Shown: piece by piece, positions 26,708-36,000 of the stretch | Numbering within the stretch: the first letter of the stretch is position 1 | Layout of the letters: each line of letters begins with the position of its first letter | Assembly: GCA_016235455.1 (NCBI GenBank) | Contig: JACRKZ010000120.1 | Span: 1 to 37,107, forward strand | Source: Armatimonadota bacterium | Lineage (GTDB): Bacteria > Armatimonadota > UBA10988 | Direction of reading: 5' to 3' | Length of the DNA: 37,107 nt | Notes under the pieces: generated by a model | The model's database searches: none | What the model was told of the DNA's origin: nothing | Seen by the model: only the letters and a program-made list of their open reading frames with translations | Position numbers and translations under genes: made by a program

Positions 26708-28405
26708 ATGGCCGACGACCTGCTCTTCGCCGTGGACCAAGTACTCGAGGCGCTCGACAGCACGAGCCTCGCCGACGAGGCTGACGCCGAGCGCCTCGCC
26801 GCGCCGCTGGTGGCCGCCCTGCGCGCACTGACCGCGAGCGCCAAGGGGCCCGACTGGCGCGAGCAGAGCTGGGACAGCTATCGCTACGACCTGTTCGAGC
26901 TCGAAGGCTGGTGCGTCACGGTGCCGTTCGCCGCGCTGAGCCAGGCCCGCTCCGCCGTGGTGCCCGTGGCCGCCGCCGAGCGACTGCTGGCGCTGCCCGA
27001 CCGGCCGCGCGAGCACCCCTGGGACCGCCGTGAGCCGGGCCGCGCCTATCGGCGGTACTGGGTGCGCGACAAGCGATTCCTCATGTTGGTGGCCGAGATC
27101 GCCGCGCGCTGGCCGGCGGAGAGCGCGCACCTGGTCGCGGAGTTGCGACGCCTGCTGGGTCGCATGCCCGCGCGCGACAGCGGGCCCGTGGCCTTGGCCT
27201 GCGCCACGCTGGGCCTGCTTGACGGCGACCCGCTGGCCCTGGCGCGCGACGTACTGGACAATGCGGCCGCCGACGACCTCGGTGCGCGCGGCGAGTTGGT
27301 GCTCCAAGCGTTGCGCGGCACCGACGCGATGTCGGGCCACCGGCGCGCCGACCTGCTGCGCCAGGCCACGGCCGTGGCTCGCCGCACCACCGCGTTCGTG
27401 GCCAGCAACCCCTTCGCCGCTTGCGTGGAGGCGCTATCCGAGGCCGCCGTCGATACCAGCGCCGAACTGCTGGAACTGGTAGAGCGTGCCGTGCGGGTCA
27501 AGCTGCTGGACTGGGAAGGCTGGCAGACCGCGCTGCACGCCGCCGGCCGCGCCACCACGCATCTGGCCGCGGCGCTCGGGCCGGATGTGGTGGGTGAGGT
27601 CATCGCTGGCCTGCGCCGCTGGGAGCGCTGGCTGCCCGGCCTTGAGCCGTGGATCCTGGTCGCCGGCGCGCGCGGGCTCAGCGGCCGCGACCAGTCCGAC
27701 GCCTTGCGGCGCGCGCTGTTCGCCGCACGACGAGCCACCACCAGCACCTACGGCCTGCGCGCCGAGGCCGCCGCCGTGCGCCTGCTGCTGGAGGTCGGCG
27801 CCGAAGGTGCGGGCGATGAACTGAGCTTCATGCTCAAGCGGCTGACCGCCATGCCGTCAGGCCGCGTGCAGCAACTGGGACTGATGGCGGCCGTGGGCGA
27901 ACTGGCCATCCTCGGCGCGGCGCACTGGGCCGACGCCGCGCGCCTGGCCCAGCGGCTGCGCGCGACCGACTTGCGCTGGCTGGCCTGGGCGCTGCTGGCC
28001 AGCGCTGACGGCCCGGCCGACCCGCGACGCGAGGCGTTGGCTCGCGCTGGGCAGGCGGCCCGGCGCTGGCGACTGCGGCCGCCACCGTTTGATGTGCTGG
28101 TGCCGCTCTGGCAGCAGCTGGGAGAGCGCTTGCCGGACGACTCACCGGCGCTGGCCCGCGTAGTCGAGCTGTCGCGGCAGGCGCGGCTGCATGAGCAGCC
28201 CGGCCCGGCCTTCGCCGCCGAGCTGATGGCGCTCGGCGAACACCTGGCCACGCCGCCGGCGCTGCGCGCCGTCGCCCAGGTGGCGCTCGGCTCGGCCGAC
28301 AACTGGTGGCGGCTGCCGCTGCTGGCCCTGCTGGCCGACGGCGCCATGGCCTGCCTGCTGGCGCGCCTCGGTGTAACGGCGGCCGGAACCGGGGTACACT
28401 GCTAA
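26708..28405 (+). CDS. Hypothetical Ala/Leu/Arg-rich, probably all-helical repeat protein (565 aa)
   Basis: ATG 26708 (MADDLLFAVDQ). Host-like GC3 bias; fills the gap between neighbours. The ORF-track extension to 26294 overlaps the divergent gene. No recognisable motif. Confidence 0.6.
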   Translation: MADDLLFAVDQVLEALDSTSLADEADAERLAAPLVAALRALTASAKGPDWREQSWDSYRYDLFELEGWCVTVPFAALSQARSAVVPVAAAERLLALPDRPREHPWDRREPGRAYRRYWVRDKRFLMLVAEIAARWPAESAHLVAELRRLLGRMPARDSGPVALACATLGLLDGDPLALARDVLDNAAADDLGARGELVLQALRGTDAMSGHRRADLLRQATAVARRTTAFVASNPFAACVEALSEAAVDTSAELLELVERAVRVKLLDWEGWQTALHAAGRATTHLAAALGPDVVGEVIAGLRRWERWLPGLEPWILVAGARGLSGRDQSDALRRALFAARRATTSTYGLRAEAAAVRLLLEVGAEGAGDELSFMLKRLTAMPSGRVQQLGLMAAVGELAILGAAHWADAARLAQRLRATDLRWLAWALLASADGPADPRREALARAGQAARRWRLRPPPFDVLVPLWQQLGERLPDDSPALARVVELSRQARLHEQPGPAFAAELMALGEHLATPPALRAVAQVALGSADNWWRLPLLALLADGAMACLLARLGVTAAGTGVHC

Positions 28406-28420
28406 CTGGAGCGTGTGGGC

Positions 28421-29062
28421 ATGGACCGAGCATTCCTCTGGGTGGCATGGAACCTGTTCCTGGCGGTCCTGCCCGTGCTGTTCGCGCGGCGGCTGGCCAC
28501 GCAACTGACCCGCGCGCGGGGCGGCAAGCCGCACCTGTGGCCGGCGGTGGCCCTGTGGTTGGCGCTCTGGCTGGCCTTCCTGCCCAACACCTGCTACCTG
28601 CTCACCGAGTGGCGACACTGGTTCGACCTCATGCATGGCGAGCAGTACTGGGTCCGCTGGGCGAAGCACGGCAGCCTGTCGGACTTCATGGCGCTCGCGC
28701 AATGGACCCTCTTCTTTGCCAGCTTCTCGGGCGCGGGGGTGATAGCCTTCTGGGCGGCCATCCGGCCGCTCGGCCAGGCACTGAGCGACTGTCGCTGGCG
28801 ACCTTGGCTGGGCGCGCTGCTGTTCTGGCTCAACGGGCTGGGCGTCTACCTTGGGTTGGAGTTGCGCTTCAACTCGTGGCAGGTGGTCTCACAGCCCGCC
28901 GCCATCGCCCGTCAGGCCCTGACCGCGCTGAGCCATCCGGTGTTCATTGTGCTGGTGTCGGGCTTCGCGCTGTTGCTCTGGGCGCTCTATGAGATCGTCG
29001 AGACGTTCGCCGCCGGGATCCGCTACAGGTTGGCGGCCCGGAAGGGTTCCGACCCGGCCTGA
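28421..29062 (+). CDS. DUF1361-family membrane protein
   Basis: WNLFLAVLP, WLAFLPNTCYLLTE..H, GVYLG..LRFNSW; several transmembrane segments. Confidence 0.82.
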   Translation: MDRAFLWVAWNLFLAVLPVLFARRLATQLTRARGGKPHLWPAVALWLALWLAFLPNTCYLLTEWRHWFDLMHGEQYWVRWAKHGSLSDFMALAQWTLFFASFSGAGVIAFWAAIRPLGQALSDCRWRPWLGALLFWLNGLGVYLGLELRFNSWQVVSQPAAIARQALTALSHPVFIVLVSGFALLLWALYEIVETFAAGIRYRLAARKGSDPA

Positions 29063-29087
29063 CGAATTGCGCCAGCGGAGCCCGCTC

Positions 29088-31049
29088 ATGTTCCGATGCG
29101 CCGCTGTCGTCGCGTCTCTCGTCCTGGCCCTCGCGGCTCAGGCGGCCGAGACGGTCTACCTGGAGACCCTCGATCTGACCAAGATGCGCCAAGGCTACGG
29201 CCAGGCGCAGGTCAACCAGTCGATCCGCGAGAAGCCCCTGGCCATCGCCGGCAAAGCCTTCGAGCACGGCGTCGGCAGCCATGCGCGGGGCGAGCTGTGG
29301 GTCGCCCTCGACGGTGGCTCCGACCGCTTCTCGGCCAGTGTCGGCATCGATGACAATGCCGGCGGCGCCGGCACCGTCGTCTTTCAGGTGCTGGTCGACG
29401 GCAAGTTGCGGTTCGACTCGGGAGTCATGAAGCCCGGTCAGGCCGCCAAGGCCATCGACGTCGACCTGCGCGGCGCCAAGCTCCTGCTCCTGCTGGCCGA
29501 GGATGCCGGCGACGGCATCGCCTACGACCACGCCAACTGGTGCGACGCGCGCTTCGCCGTCAGTGGCACGGCGCCCCGCGCAGTCGACCCGCCCGACGAC
29601 CAGAAGGTAATTCTCACGCCCAAGCCCGGCCCGCAGCCGCGGCTCAATGGCCCGCTGACCTATGGCTGCCGGCCCGGCAACCCGTTCCTCTATCGCATCC
29701 CCTGCCAGGGCACGCGGCCCATCACCTTCAGCGCCGACGGCCTGCCCGCCAGCCTGCGGCTCGACGCGCGGACCGGCATCATCAGCGGCACCGCGCCGGC
29801 CCGCGGCGAGACGGTGGTGACGCTGCACGCCGAGAACGCGGCCGGCCGGGCGCAGCGCAGCCTCAAGATCGTCGCCGGCGACAAGCTCGCACTGACCCCG
29901 CCGCTGGGCTGGAACCACTGGTATGCGCACTACGACCGCATCACCGACGCCATGATGCGTCAGGCGGCCGATGTGCTGGTCAGCAGCGGCCTGGCCGATG
30001 TCGGCTACAGCTTTGTGAGCATCGACGACTGCTGGATGAACGCCGAGCGCCAGCGCGACCCGCTACGCGTCGGCCCGCTGCGCGACGACCAAGGGCGACT
30101 GCTGCCCAACAAGCACTTCCCGGACATGAAGGCGCTGACCGACTACATCCATGCCAAGGGCCTCAAGGCCGGCATCTACACCTCTCCCGGCCCACGCACC
30201 TGCGCCGGGTTCTGTGGCGCCTGGCAGCATGAGGCGCAGGACGCTGGGACCTTCGCTGACTGGGGCTTCGACCTGCTCAAGTACGACTGGTGTTCGTATG
30301 GCGAGGTGTGTCGCGACGAGCAGGAGCCCGAAAAGCTGATCAAGCCCTACCGGCTGATGGCCGATCTGCTGGCCAAGGGCCCGCGCGATATCCAGCTCAA
30401 CCTCTGCCAGTACGGCATGGGCAAGGTCTGGGAATGGGGCGCCGGCATCGGCGGCCAGAGCTGGCGCACCGGCGGCGACCTGGGCTTCGAACTCAGCCGC
30501 ATCTTCGAGATCGCCCTGCGCAACTGCGAACTGCGCGCCTGGAACGGGCCCGGCGGGTGGAACGACCCGGACTACGTGCAGATCGGCAAGATCGGCAACG
30601 CCGGTGCCATGGGCGAGCCCAAGGACGGCCCGCTGAGCCCGAATGAGCAGTACAGCTTCGTCTCGCTGTGGTCGCTCATGGCTTGCCCTATCTTCTACAG
30701 TGGCGACATGGCCAACCTCGATGAGTTCACGCTGAACATCCTGGGCAACGCCGAGGTGATCGACATCAACCAGGACCCGCTGGGCCAGTGCGCGGCCGTG
30801 TCGCCCATCGACGACCAGTCGTTCCTGATGGTCAAGGACCTGGCCGACGGCACCAAGGCCGTGGGCCTGGCCAACCGCGGCCAGTTCCCCAAGACGCTCA
30901 CCGCACCCTGGCGACTGCTCGGCGTGGGCGGCAAGCAGACCGTGCGCGACGTCTGGCGCCAGAAGGACCTGGGCGCGTTCGAGGATGGCTACACCACCGA
31001 AGTGCCACGCCGCAGCGTGCTGCTGCTCAAGGTAGCGCCGACCCGCTAG
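29088..31049 (+). CDS. Secreted GH27 alpha-galactosidase with NPCBM/NEW2 and putative Ig domains
   Basis: Signal peptide; FEHGVGSHA...DHANWCDA (NPCBM); LALTPPLGWNHW, IDDCW, LKYDWC (nucleophile Asp), SWRTGGD, WNDPD, INQDPLG. ATG 29088. Confidence 0.92.
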   Translation: MFRCAAVVASLVLALAAQAAETVYLETLDLTKMRQGYGQAQVNQSIREKPLAIAGKAFEHGVGSHARGELWVALDGGSDRFSASVGIDDNAGGAGTVVFQVLVDGKLRFDSGVMKPGQAAKAIDVDLRGAKLLLLLAEDAGDGIAYDHANWCDARFAVSGTAPRAVDPPDDQKVILTPKPGPQPRLNGPLTYGCRPGNPFLYRIPCQGTRPITFSADGLPASLRLDARTGIISGTAPARGETVVTLHAENAAGRAQRSLKIVAGDKLALTPPLGWNHWYAHYDRITDAMMRQAADVLVSSGLADVGYSFVSIDDCWMNAERQRDPLRVGPLRDDQGRLLPNKHFPDMKALTDYIHAKGLKAGIYTSPGPRTCAGFCGAWQHEAQDAGTFADWGFDLLKYDWCSYGEVCRDEQEPEKLIKPYRLMADLLAKGPRDIQLNLCQYGMGKVWEWGAGIGGQSWRTGGDLGFELSRIFEIALRNCELRAWNGPGGWNDPDYVQIGKIGNAGAMGEPKDGPLSPNEQYSFVSLWSLMACPIFYSGDMANLDEFTLNILGNAEVIDINQDPLGQCAAVSPIDDQSFLMVKDLADGTKAVGLANRGQFPKTLTAPWRLLGVGGKQTVRDVWRQKDLGAFEDGYTTEVPRRSVLLLKVAPTR

Positions 31050-31066
31050 ACCCGAGGAGGATCGCC

Positions 31067-32317
31067 ATGTCCATCAGCGCAGCTGACCGCGGGATCATCC
31101 GCCGCCTGGCCGGCGAAGTGGCCGAGATCGCCGCCCTGCCCTGTCACCAGCAGACCGCCGACCTGTGGCGCCGGCTCAACGACCGCCAGCCCGTGCGCCC
31201 CATGGTCTGGATCAACGAGCTGCCCTGGCACGAGCTCAACGTCGACGACGAGCTGACGCTGTGCTGTGAGGACAGCTTCTGTCGCGGCGTCGAGGGGCAG
31301 TTGCGCGCCACGCTCTATGAGTGGCGCCATCTGCCCGCGGACATGATCGTCGAGCCGTGGTTCGCCAACCCGCTGGTCATCCGCGACAGCGGCTTCGGCA
31401 TCCATCAGGAAGGCCGGCTGCTGTCGCAGGGCGAGGCCGGCGCCATCTACAGCCATGAGTTCGCCAAGCAGATCCACACGCTGGCCGACGTGGCCAAGAT
31501 CCGCGACCCCGAGCTGAGCCTGGACGAAGAGGCCACCGCCCGCGGCCACGCCGCGCTCGACAGCCTGCTGGGCGACCTGCTGCCGGTGCGCGACCTGGGC
31601 GTGGTGCATGTCTGGTTCGCGCCGTGGGACGAGCTGATCCGCTGGTACGGCGTGGAGCCGGCCATGCTCGACCTGGCCATCAACCCCGAGCTGGTCCACG
31701 CCTGCATGGACCGCCTGGTAGGCGCCTACCTGTCGCGCCTGCGCCAGTGGCGCGAACTGGGCGTGCTCGACCAGACCGCGGGCAACTACCGCGTCGGCTC
31801 GGGCGGGCTGGGCTACATCTCCGGCCTGCCCCAGCACGCCGGCCCGCGACAGGTCGTGGGCACCCAGGACCAATGGGGCTGTGCCACGGCCCAGATCTTC
31901 TCCGAGGTCTCGCCGGCCATGCACGAAGCCTTCGCGCTGCAGTACGAGCGGCGCTGGCTGGCCGAGTTCGGCGTGACCTACTACGGCTGCTGCGAGCCGC
32001 TGCACCTGAAGCTGGGCATCCTCGACAGCGTGCCCAACCTCCGCAAGATCAGCATGAGCCCGAAGGCCGACATGGCCTCCGCGGTAGACCAGGTGGGCGA
32101 CCGCTACGTGCTGAGCCACAAGCCCAACCCCGCGGTCTTCGCCTGGGACCACTGGGACCTGGACCAGGCCCGGCGCGCCTTGACCGAGGAGCTGGCCAAG
32201 GCACAGGGCGTGGCGGTGGAGATCATCATGAAGGATGTGTCCACGCTGCGGCATGAGCCGCGGCGGGTGTGGGAATGGGCGCGGATGGCCAAGGATGTGG
32301 CGGAGGGGCTAAGCTAG
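31067..32317 (+). CDS. Conserved hypothetical protein, UroD/methyltransferase-like fold suspected
   Basis: ATG 31067 after SD GAGGAGG; SEVSPAMHEAF, YYGCCEPLH, PNLRKISMSP, VEIIMKD motifs. Confidence 0.72.
   Translation: MSISAADRGIIRRLAGEVAEIAALPCHQQTADLWRRLNDRQPVRPMVWINELPWHELNVDDELTLCCEDSFCRGVEGQLRATLYEWRHLPADMIVEPWFANPLVIRDSGFGIHQEGRLLSQGEAGAIYSHEFAKQIHTLADVAKIRDPELSLDEEATARGHAALDSLLGDLLPVRDLGVVHVWFAPWDELIRWYGVEPAMLDLAINPELVHACMDRLVGAYLSRLRQWRELGVLDQTAGNYRVGSGGLGYISGLPQHAGPRQVVGTQDQWGCATAQIFSEVSPAMHEAFALQYERRWLAEFGVTYYGCCEPLHLKLGILDSVPNLRKISMSPKADMASAVDQVGDRYVLSHKPNPAVFAWDHWDLDQARRALTEELAKAQGVAVEIIMKDVSTLRHEPRRVWEWARMAKDVAEGLS
32213..32317 (+). repeat. 105-bp direct repeat, copy 1 (3' end of the 31067-32317 gene)
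   Basis: GCGGTGGAGATCATCATGAAGGATGTG...GGGGCTAAGCTAG; 100/105 identical to 32899-33003. Confidence 0.95.
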
Positions 32318-32322
32318 AGAGC

Positions 32323-32637
32323 ATGGAACAGGCCATGACCATCGACCGGCTCCGCCAGACCCTGGAGGAGCACGGCCCGGAGTTGGCGGCGCTCGGCGTG
32401 GCGCGCCTGCAGGTCTTCGGCTCCGTGGCGCGCGGCGAAGCGCGGCCCGACAGCGACGTGGATCTGCTGGTCGAGCTTAGCCGCCGCGTCGGCCTGTTCG
32501 AACTCGTCGGTATCGAGCAGCACCTGGAGGACCTGTTGGCCTGCGAGGTCGACATGGGGCTGTTCGACACGCTGCGCGAGTGGATGAAGCCCGACGTGGA
32601 AAGGGACCGAGTCGATGTCTGGCGAGCCGTGGCGTAA
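32323..32637 (+). CDS. Minimal nucleotidyltransferase (MNT) antitoxin, MntA-like
   Basis: VFGSVARGEARPDSDVDLLV (GSx10DxD), LEDLL..EVD; about 100 aa; start ATG 32323 or 32335. Confidence 0.9.
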   Translation: MEQAMTIDRLRQTLEEHGPELAALGVARLQVFGSVARGEARPDSDVDLLVELSRRVGLFELVGIEQHLEDLLACEVDMGLFDTLREWMKPDVERDRVDVWRAVA

Positions 32638-32845
32638 CTGGGCGCGGGACATGCTGGCGGGCAACGACGAGGACGGCTTCCGCGATGCGCATCCCTCGAT
32701 CCCCTGGCGAGCGATTCGCGGCGCGCGCAACAAGGCAGTGCATCAGTACTGGGGGACAGACGCCGGCGTGCTGTGGCTCACGGTGACGCAGAGCCTGCCG
32801 GCGCTGCGGGCAGAGCTGCTGGCGGCGTTGGAGGAGGCGCCCTGA
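32615..32845 (+). pseudogene. HEPN/DUF86 (HepT-like) RNase toxin, apparently with an internal deletion
   Basis: HPSIPWRAIRGARNKAVHQYWG (Rx4HxY) and a typical N-terminus WRNWARDML, but only 76 aa; the central helices of about 110-aa DUF86 proteins (IIGEA region) are absent. Overlaps the MNT stop. Confidence 0.75.
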
Positions 32846-32898
32846 ACGGCGACCATGGAGCGCGCTACCCGTGGATGCAGCCGAATGTGGCAGGCTGC

Positions 32899-33003
32899 GC
32901 GGTGGAGATCATCATGAAGGATGTGTCCACCGTGCGGCATGAGCCGCGGCGGGTGTGGGAATGGGCGCGGATGGCCAAGGATGTGGCGGAGGGGTTGGGC
33001 TAG
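32899..33003 (+). repeat. 105-bp direct repeat, copy 2 (orphan duplicate of the gene 3' end)
   Basis: Encodes AVEIIMKDVSTVRHEPRRVWEWARMAKDVAEGLG*; its TAG overlaps the stop of the convergent NACHT gene in CTAG (33000-33003). Confidence 0.95.
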
Positions 33004-36000
33004 GCGCCCTCGTCTTCCGGCCAGATCTCCTCGATGGGGATGGGCGGCTCCATCTCCTCCAGGTAGGGCAGCTCCTCGCCGAGCAGGTCGTCGAGCGTGA
33101 CGACGCTACCGTCTCCCATCCACACGTCGCCGCGAACGGTGTACTTGAGGCCCCATTGCACCTCGTCGGGCAGGTCCGTGGGTGGGTTCTTGGCGCAGCC
33201 GACGAGGTAGGCCCGGTCGTCGGCCGTGGAGATGCCCGCGATGTGATTGGCCAGGGCGTGCCACATCGGATGCGCGACCCGCAGGGCGACCGCGATGCAG
33301 TCATCTGCTCGGCCCAGGCCGACTCGCTCCAGAGTGGTCTGGCCGAACCGCTTGGCACAAGCCGAAGCTACAAGATCCGCTTCGCCAGAGGAGCAGTGCT
33401 CTGCCGGCAGGCCCGCGCAAAACGCGTGAACCGACATGGCAATCGGCCCGCGCGCCAGTATGGCCAGGGCATCGTAGGTGCCGCGCCACTCGCCCAAGCC
33501 CCCCAGAATCTCGGAGCTCCACCTGGACCGTAGCGTACCGTCGGCTTGGCCTCTGATGGCCCCTGCACGGGTTAGGGCCCATCGCGTAACATCATCAGCG
33601 ATGCCAGCGGTCTCGTAGTCCGAGGTGATCTCCAGCGCGATCAGCGCCGCGTAGTCCTCTAGCACAGTGAGATCGCGAGATGGCCAGATCAGCCTGCGCA
33701 TGAACGGCTCACGGCGAAGACACTCTGATAGTCTGCGGACTCGGTCGAACTGGTAGGGGCGTCCGGGTCCTGGGCGCCACCCAAGTATGTCCCCGGGCTC
33801 TCTTGTGTCAAAAGGCAGCAGTCTCTCCACACCGATGCGCTGGCTATAGCGAGCGACGCATTCGGTTACGTTGCGCGGTGCACCAAGCGAAGCCACGACC
33901 TGCGCGGCCAGCCCTGCAGTTCTGCGACTCGACGGCCAGGCCTGCAGAAGGCCAGCGTTGCCGTTGGGCCACATCGGCGCAAAGAACGCGAGCGTTCGAC
34001 CGACGGCCAAAGACTCCTCCGAAGGGCCAGCGCCATCCAGGTCTCGTCCCGCTCTGACAACGAAGGACCACGTTGGCGGCGGCTCAAGGCCGAGCCCCAG
34101 GGCTTCTCGGCACCACTGCGCAACCCTCTGCCACGCGAGCCATGTCATTCTATGCGCTCGATGAGAGAGTGTGTTGCCAACCAATGATCGGCGTCGGGTC
34201 TGCACGCTAGCAGACCACGCAGCCGCGCAGTACTCGGCCCCAGCCGGCCAGCCGTCGTTCAGTTCGCGCACCCACTCGTCCACCCAGCACGCCAGGTCTT
34301 GATGCGTGCCGGCACCGTCGGCCAGGATCGCACCGAAGAGCGCTCGCTGCTCCGGAAGCTCCGAGCCCAGCGAACTCACTCGGCCCACGCTGGTTCTGTT
34401 CATGATCCCGGCCCACAGGCGTAGCGTCTCCCACCAGTCCATGTTCTCAGCCAAATGGCGGAACGCCGAGCCGCGAGCCGCCGCGCCGTCATGGGCCGCG
34501 TTGAGATGAACTGCCGTAAGGTACTCCTGGAAACCAATGTGGGCGAAATGGAGCGCTCCATCGGGGCTGTCGGCGAGTATGCCCGCCCGCTCGACGAGCC
34601 AGCAGACGAAGCGTTGGCATTGGCCGGCGCTCCAGCCTAGCAAGGATAGATGCCGAGTAACGACATCGGGCGAGCTCATCACGTGCCGTCTGGAAGCACC
34701 CCGGTAACCATCAGTCTGCAGTCCGTAGGCGAGCATCGCCGTCGCGCGCAGTCGCTCTTCCGCGTCGTCCGGCCGCCAATACCGGCCGCTGGGCGTCCGA
34801 ACGCCCTCAGAGCCATACTCGGCGGGCAGCGCATTGAGAAGGCTCGCGACGCACGTCTCGTAGAGCGCGACGCGTGTATCAGGGAGCGAGTGGTATCGCG
34901 CATACGTCAGCGCCAACGTGAGCGTGAGTGGTCTGCGAGAGAGGCCGGTCACGGCAGCTGATGCCGTCTGTACAGCCTCAAACCGCGCGATAAACGCGCA
35001 TCGGCCGTCTTCGTCGTCGGCGTAGAGCGCAGCCGCACTTCGCTTCGTGAGAGAGTCAACCTCCTCGTTGTTTAGGGGCATCACCTCCCGGACATCGAAG
35101 ACGTGCGGATCAAAGCAGAGTTGGCTGACGGCTGTCCGGCTAGTCACCACAACCCGCAGACGTGGACAGCGCTTCATGAGTACGTGCAAGGCTTCGAGCA
35201 CTTCGGCGCTCAACTCGCCCAGTTCGTCCCACCCATCGGCGAGCAAGACCGGCACGGGGCCGGTCTCGGCTCGCAGCGCAGTCTCGACAAGCTCGGACAG
35301 TCCTGGGCCGGCGTACGCACTGACCCAGTCCCGCAGCCAAGAGGACAGGTCTCGGATCGGGTCCTCGGCTGTGCGGTCCCAGCGGGCAGCCACACTGCGT
35401 AGTTCGAGTAGCATCGGTAGGCAGCGCTCGTCACGAAGGAGCTGTCGGAACGTGTAGCGAGCCCACGTTGTCTTCCCACTGCCGGCAGGCCCCACGATGA
35501 GCAGGTGGCGTTCGAGGTCGAGCACACCGCCCGGCAGCAGGACTGAGCCACCGTCACCTTTGGCGCCGCCACCGCCGTCGCTTAGGCGCAGGGGCACGTA
35601 CATCCTGTCGAGTCGTGCCTCTACTTGCCCCGATGCTGCATCACCGGCCGACTCGGAGCCCAACGGCAACCTGACGAACTCCCCGTAGCCGCCCAGGCGG
35701 CGCCGGTACTGTGCCAACCACTCGCCGCTTGTGTCTGCGGTTGTGACGGGCCGGCCGCTGGCCGGCTCCGGCGAGGTGGGCGCCGAAGGAACGGCTATTG
35801 CCACCCGGCTCTCGCTACGAGCCGATGGTGCGGTGGCCAGCAGGGCCTCGGTCTCGCCTCGTTGGTAGCCCCCTCGGCGGACATCCACCGTGGTGCTGAG
35901 CAGCGGATTGTAGCAGAGCGGCAGTCGCCGGCATCGCGACGTTGCGCGATCGAGGTGAATAACGTGGAACGTGTGCTCTGCTTTCAACGCCAACTCATCT

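Noticed and set aside
32213-33003. Diversity-generating retroelement TR/VR pair (near-identical repeat at a gene 3' end)
   Set aside because: No reverse transcriptase in the window, and the five differences are not confined to adenines of one copy (GC/CG, C/T, AA/GG).
32773-33003. 76-aa ORF ending in the duplicated gene tail
   Set aside because: The 5' part is an alternate frame of the HEPN gene; only the last 34 codons are meaningful, as the repeat copy.
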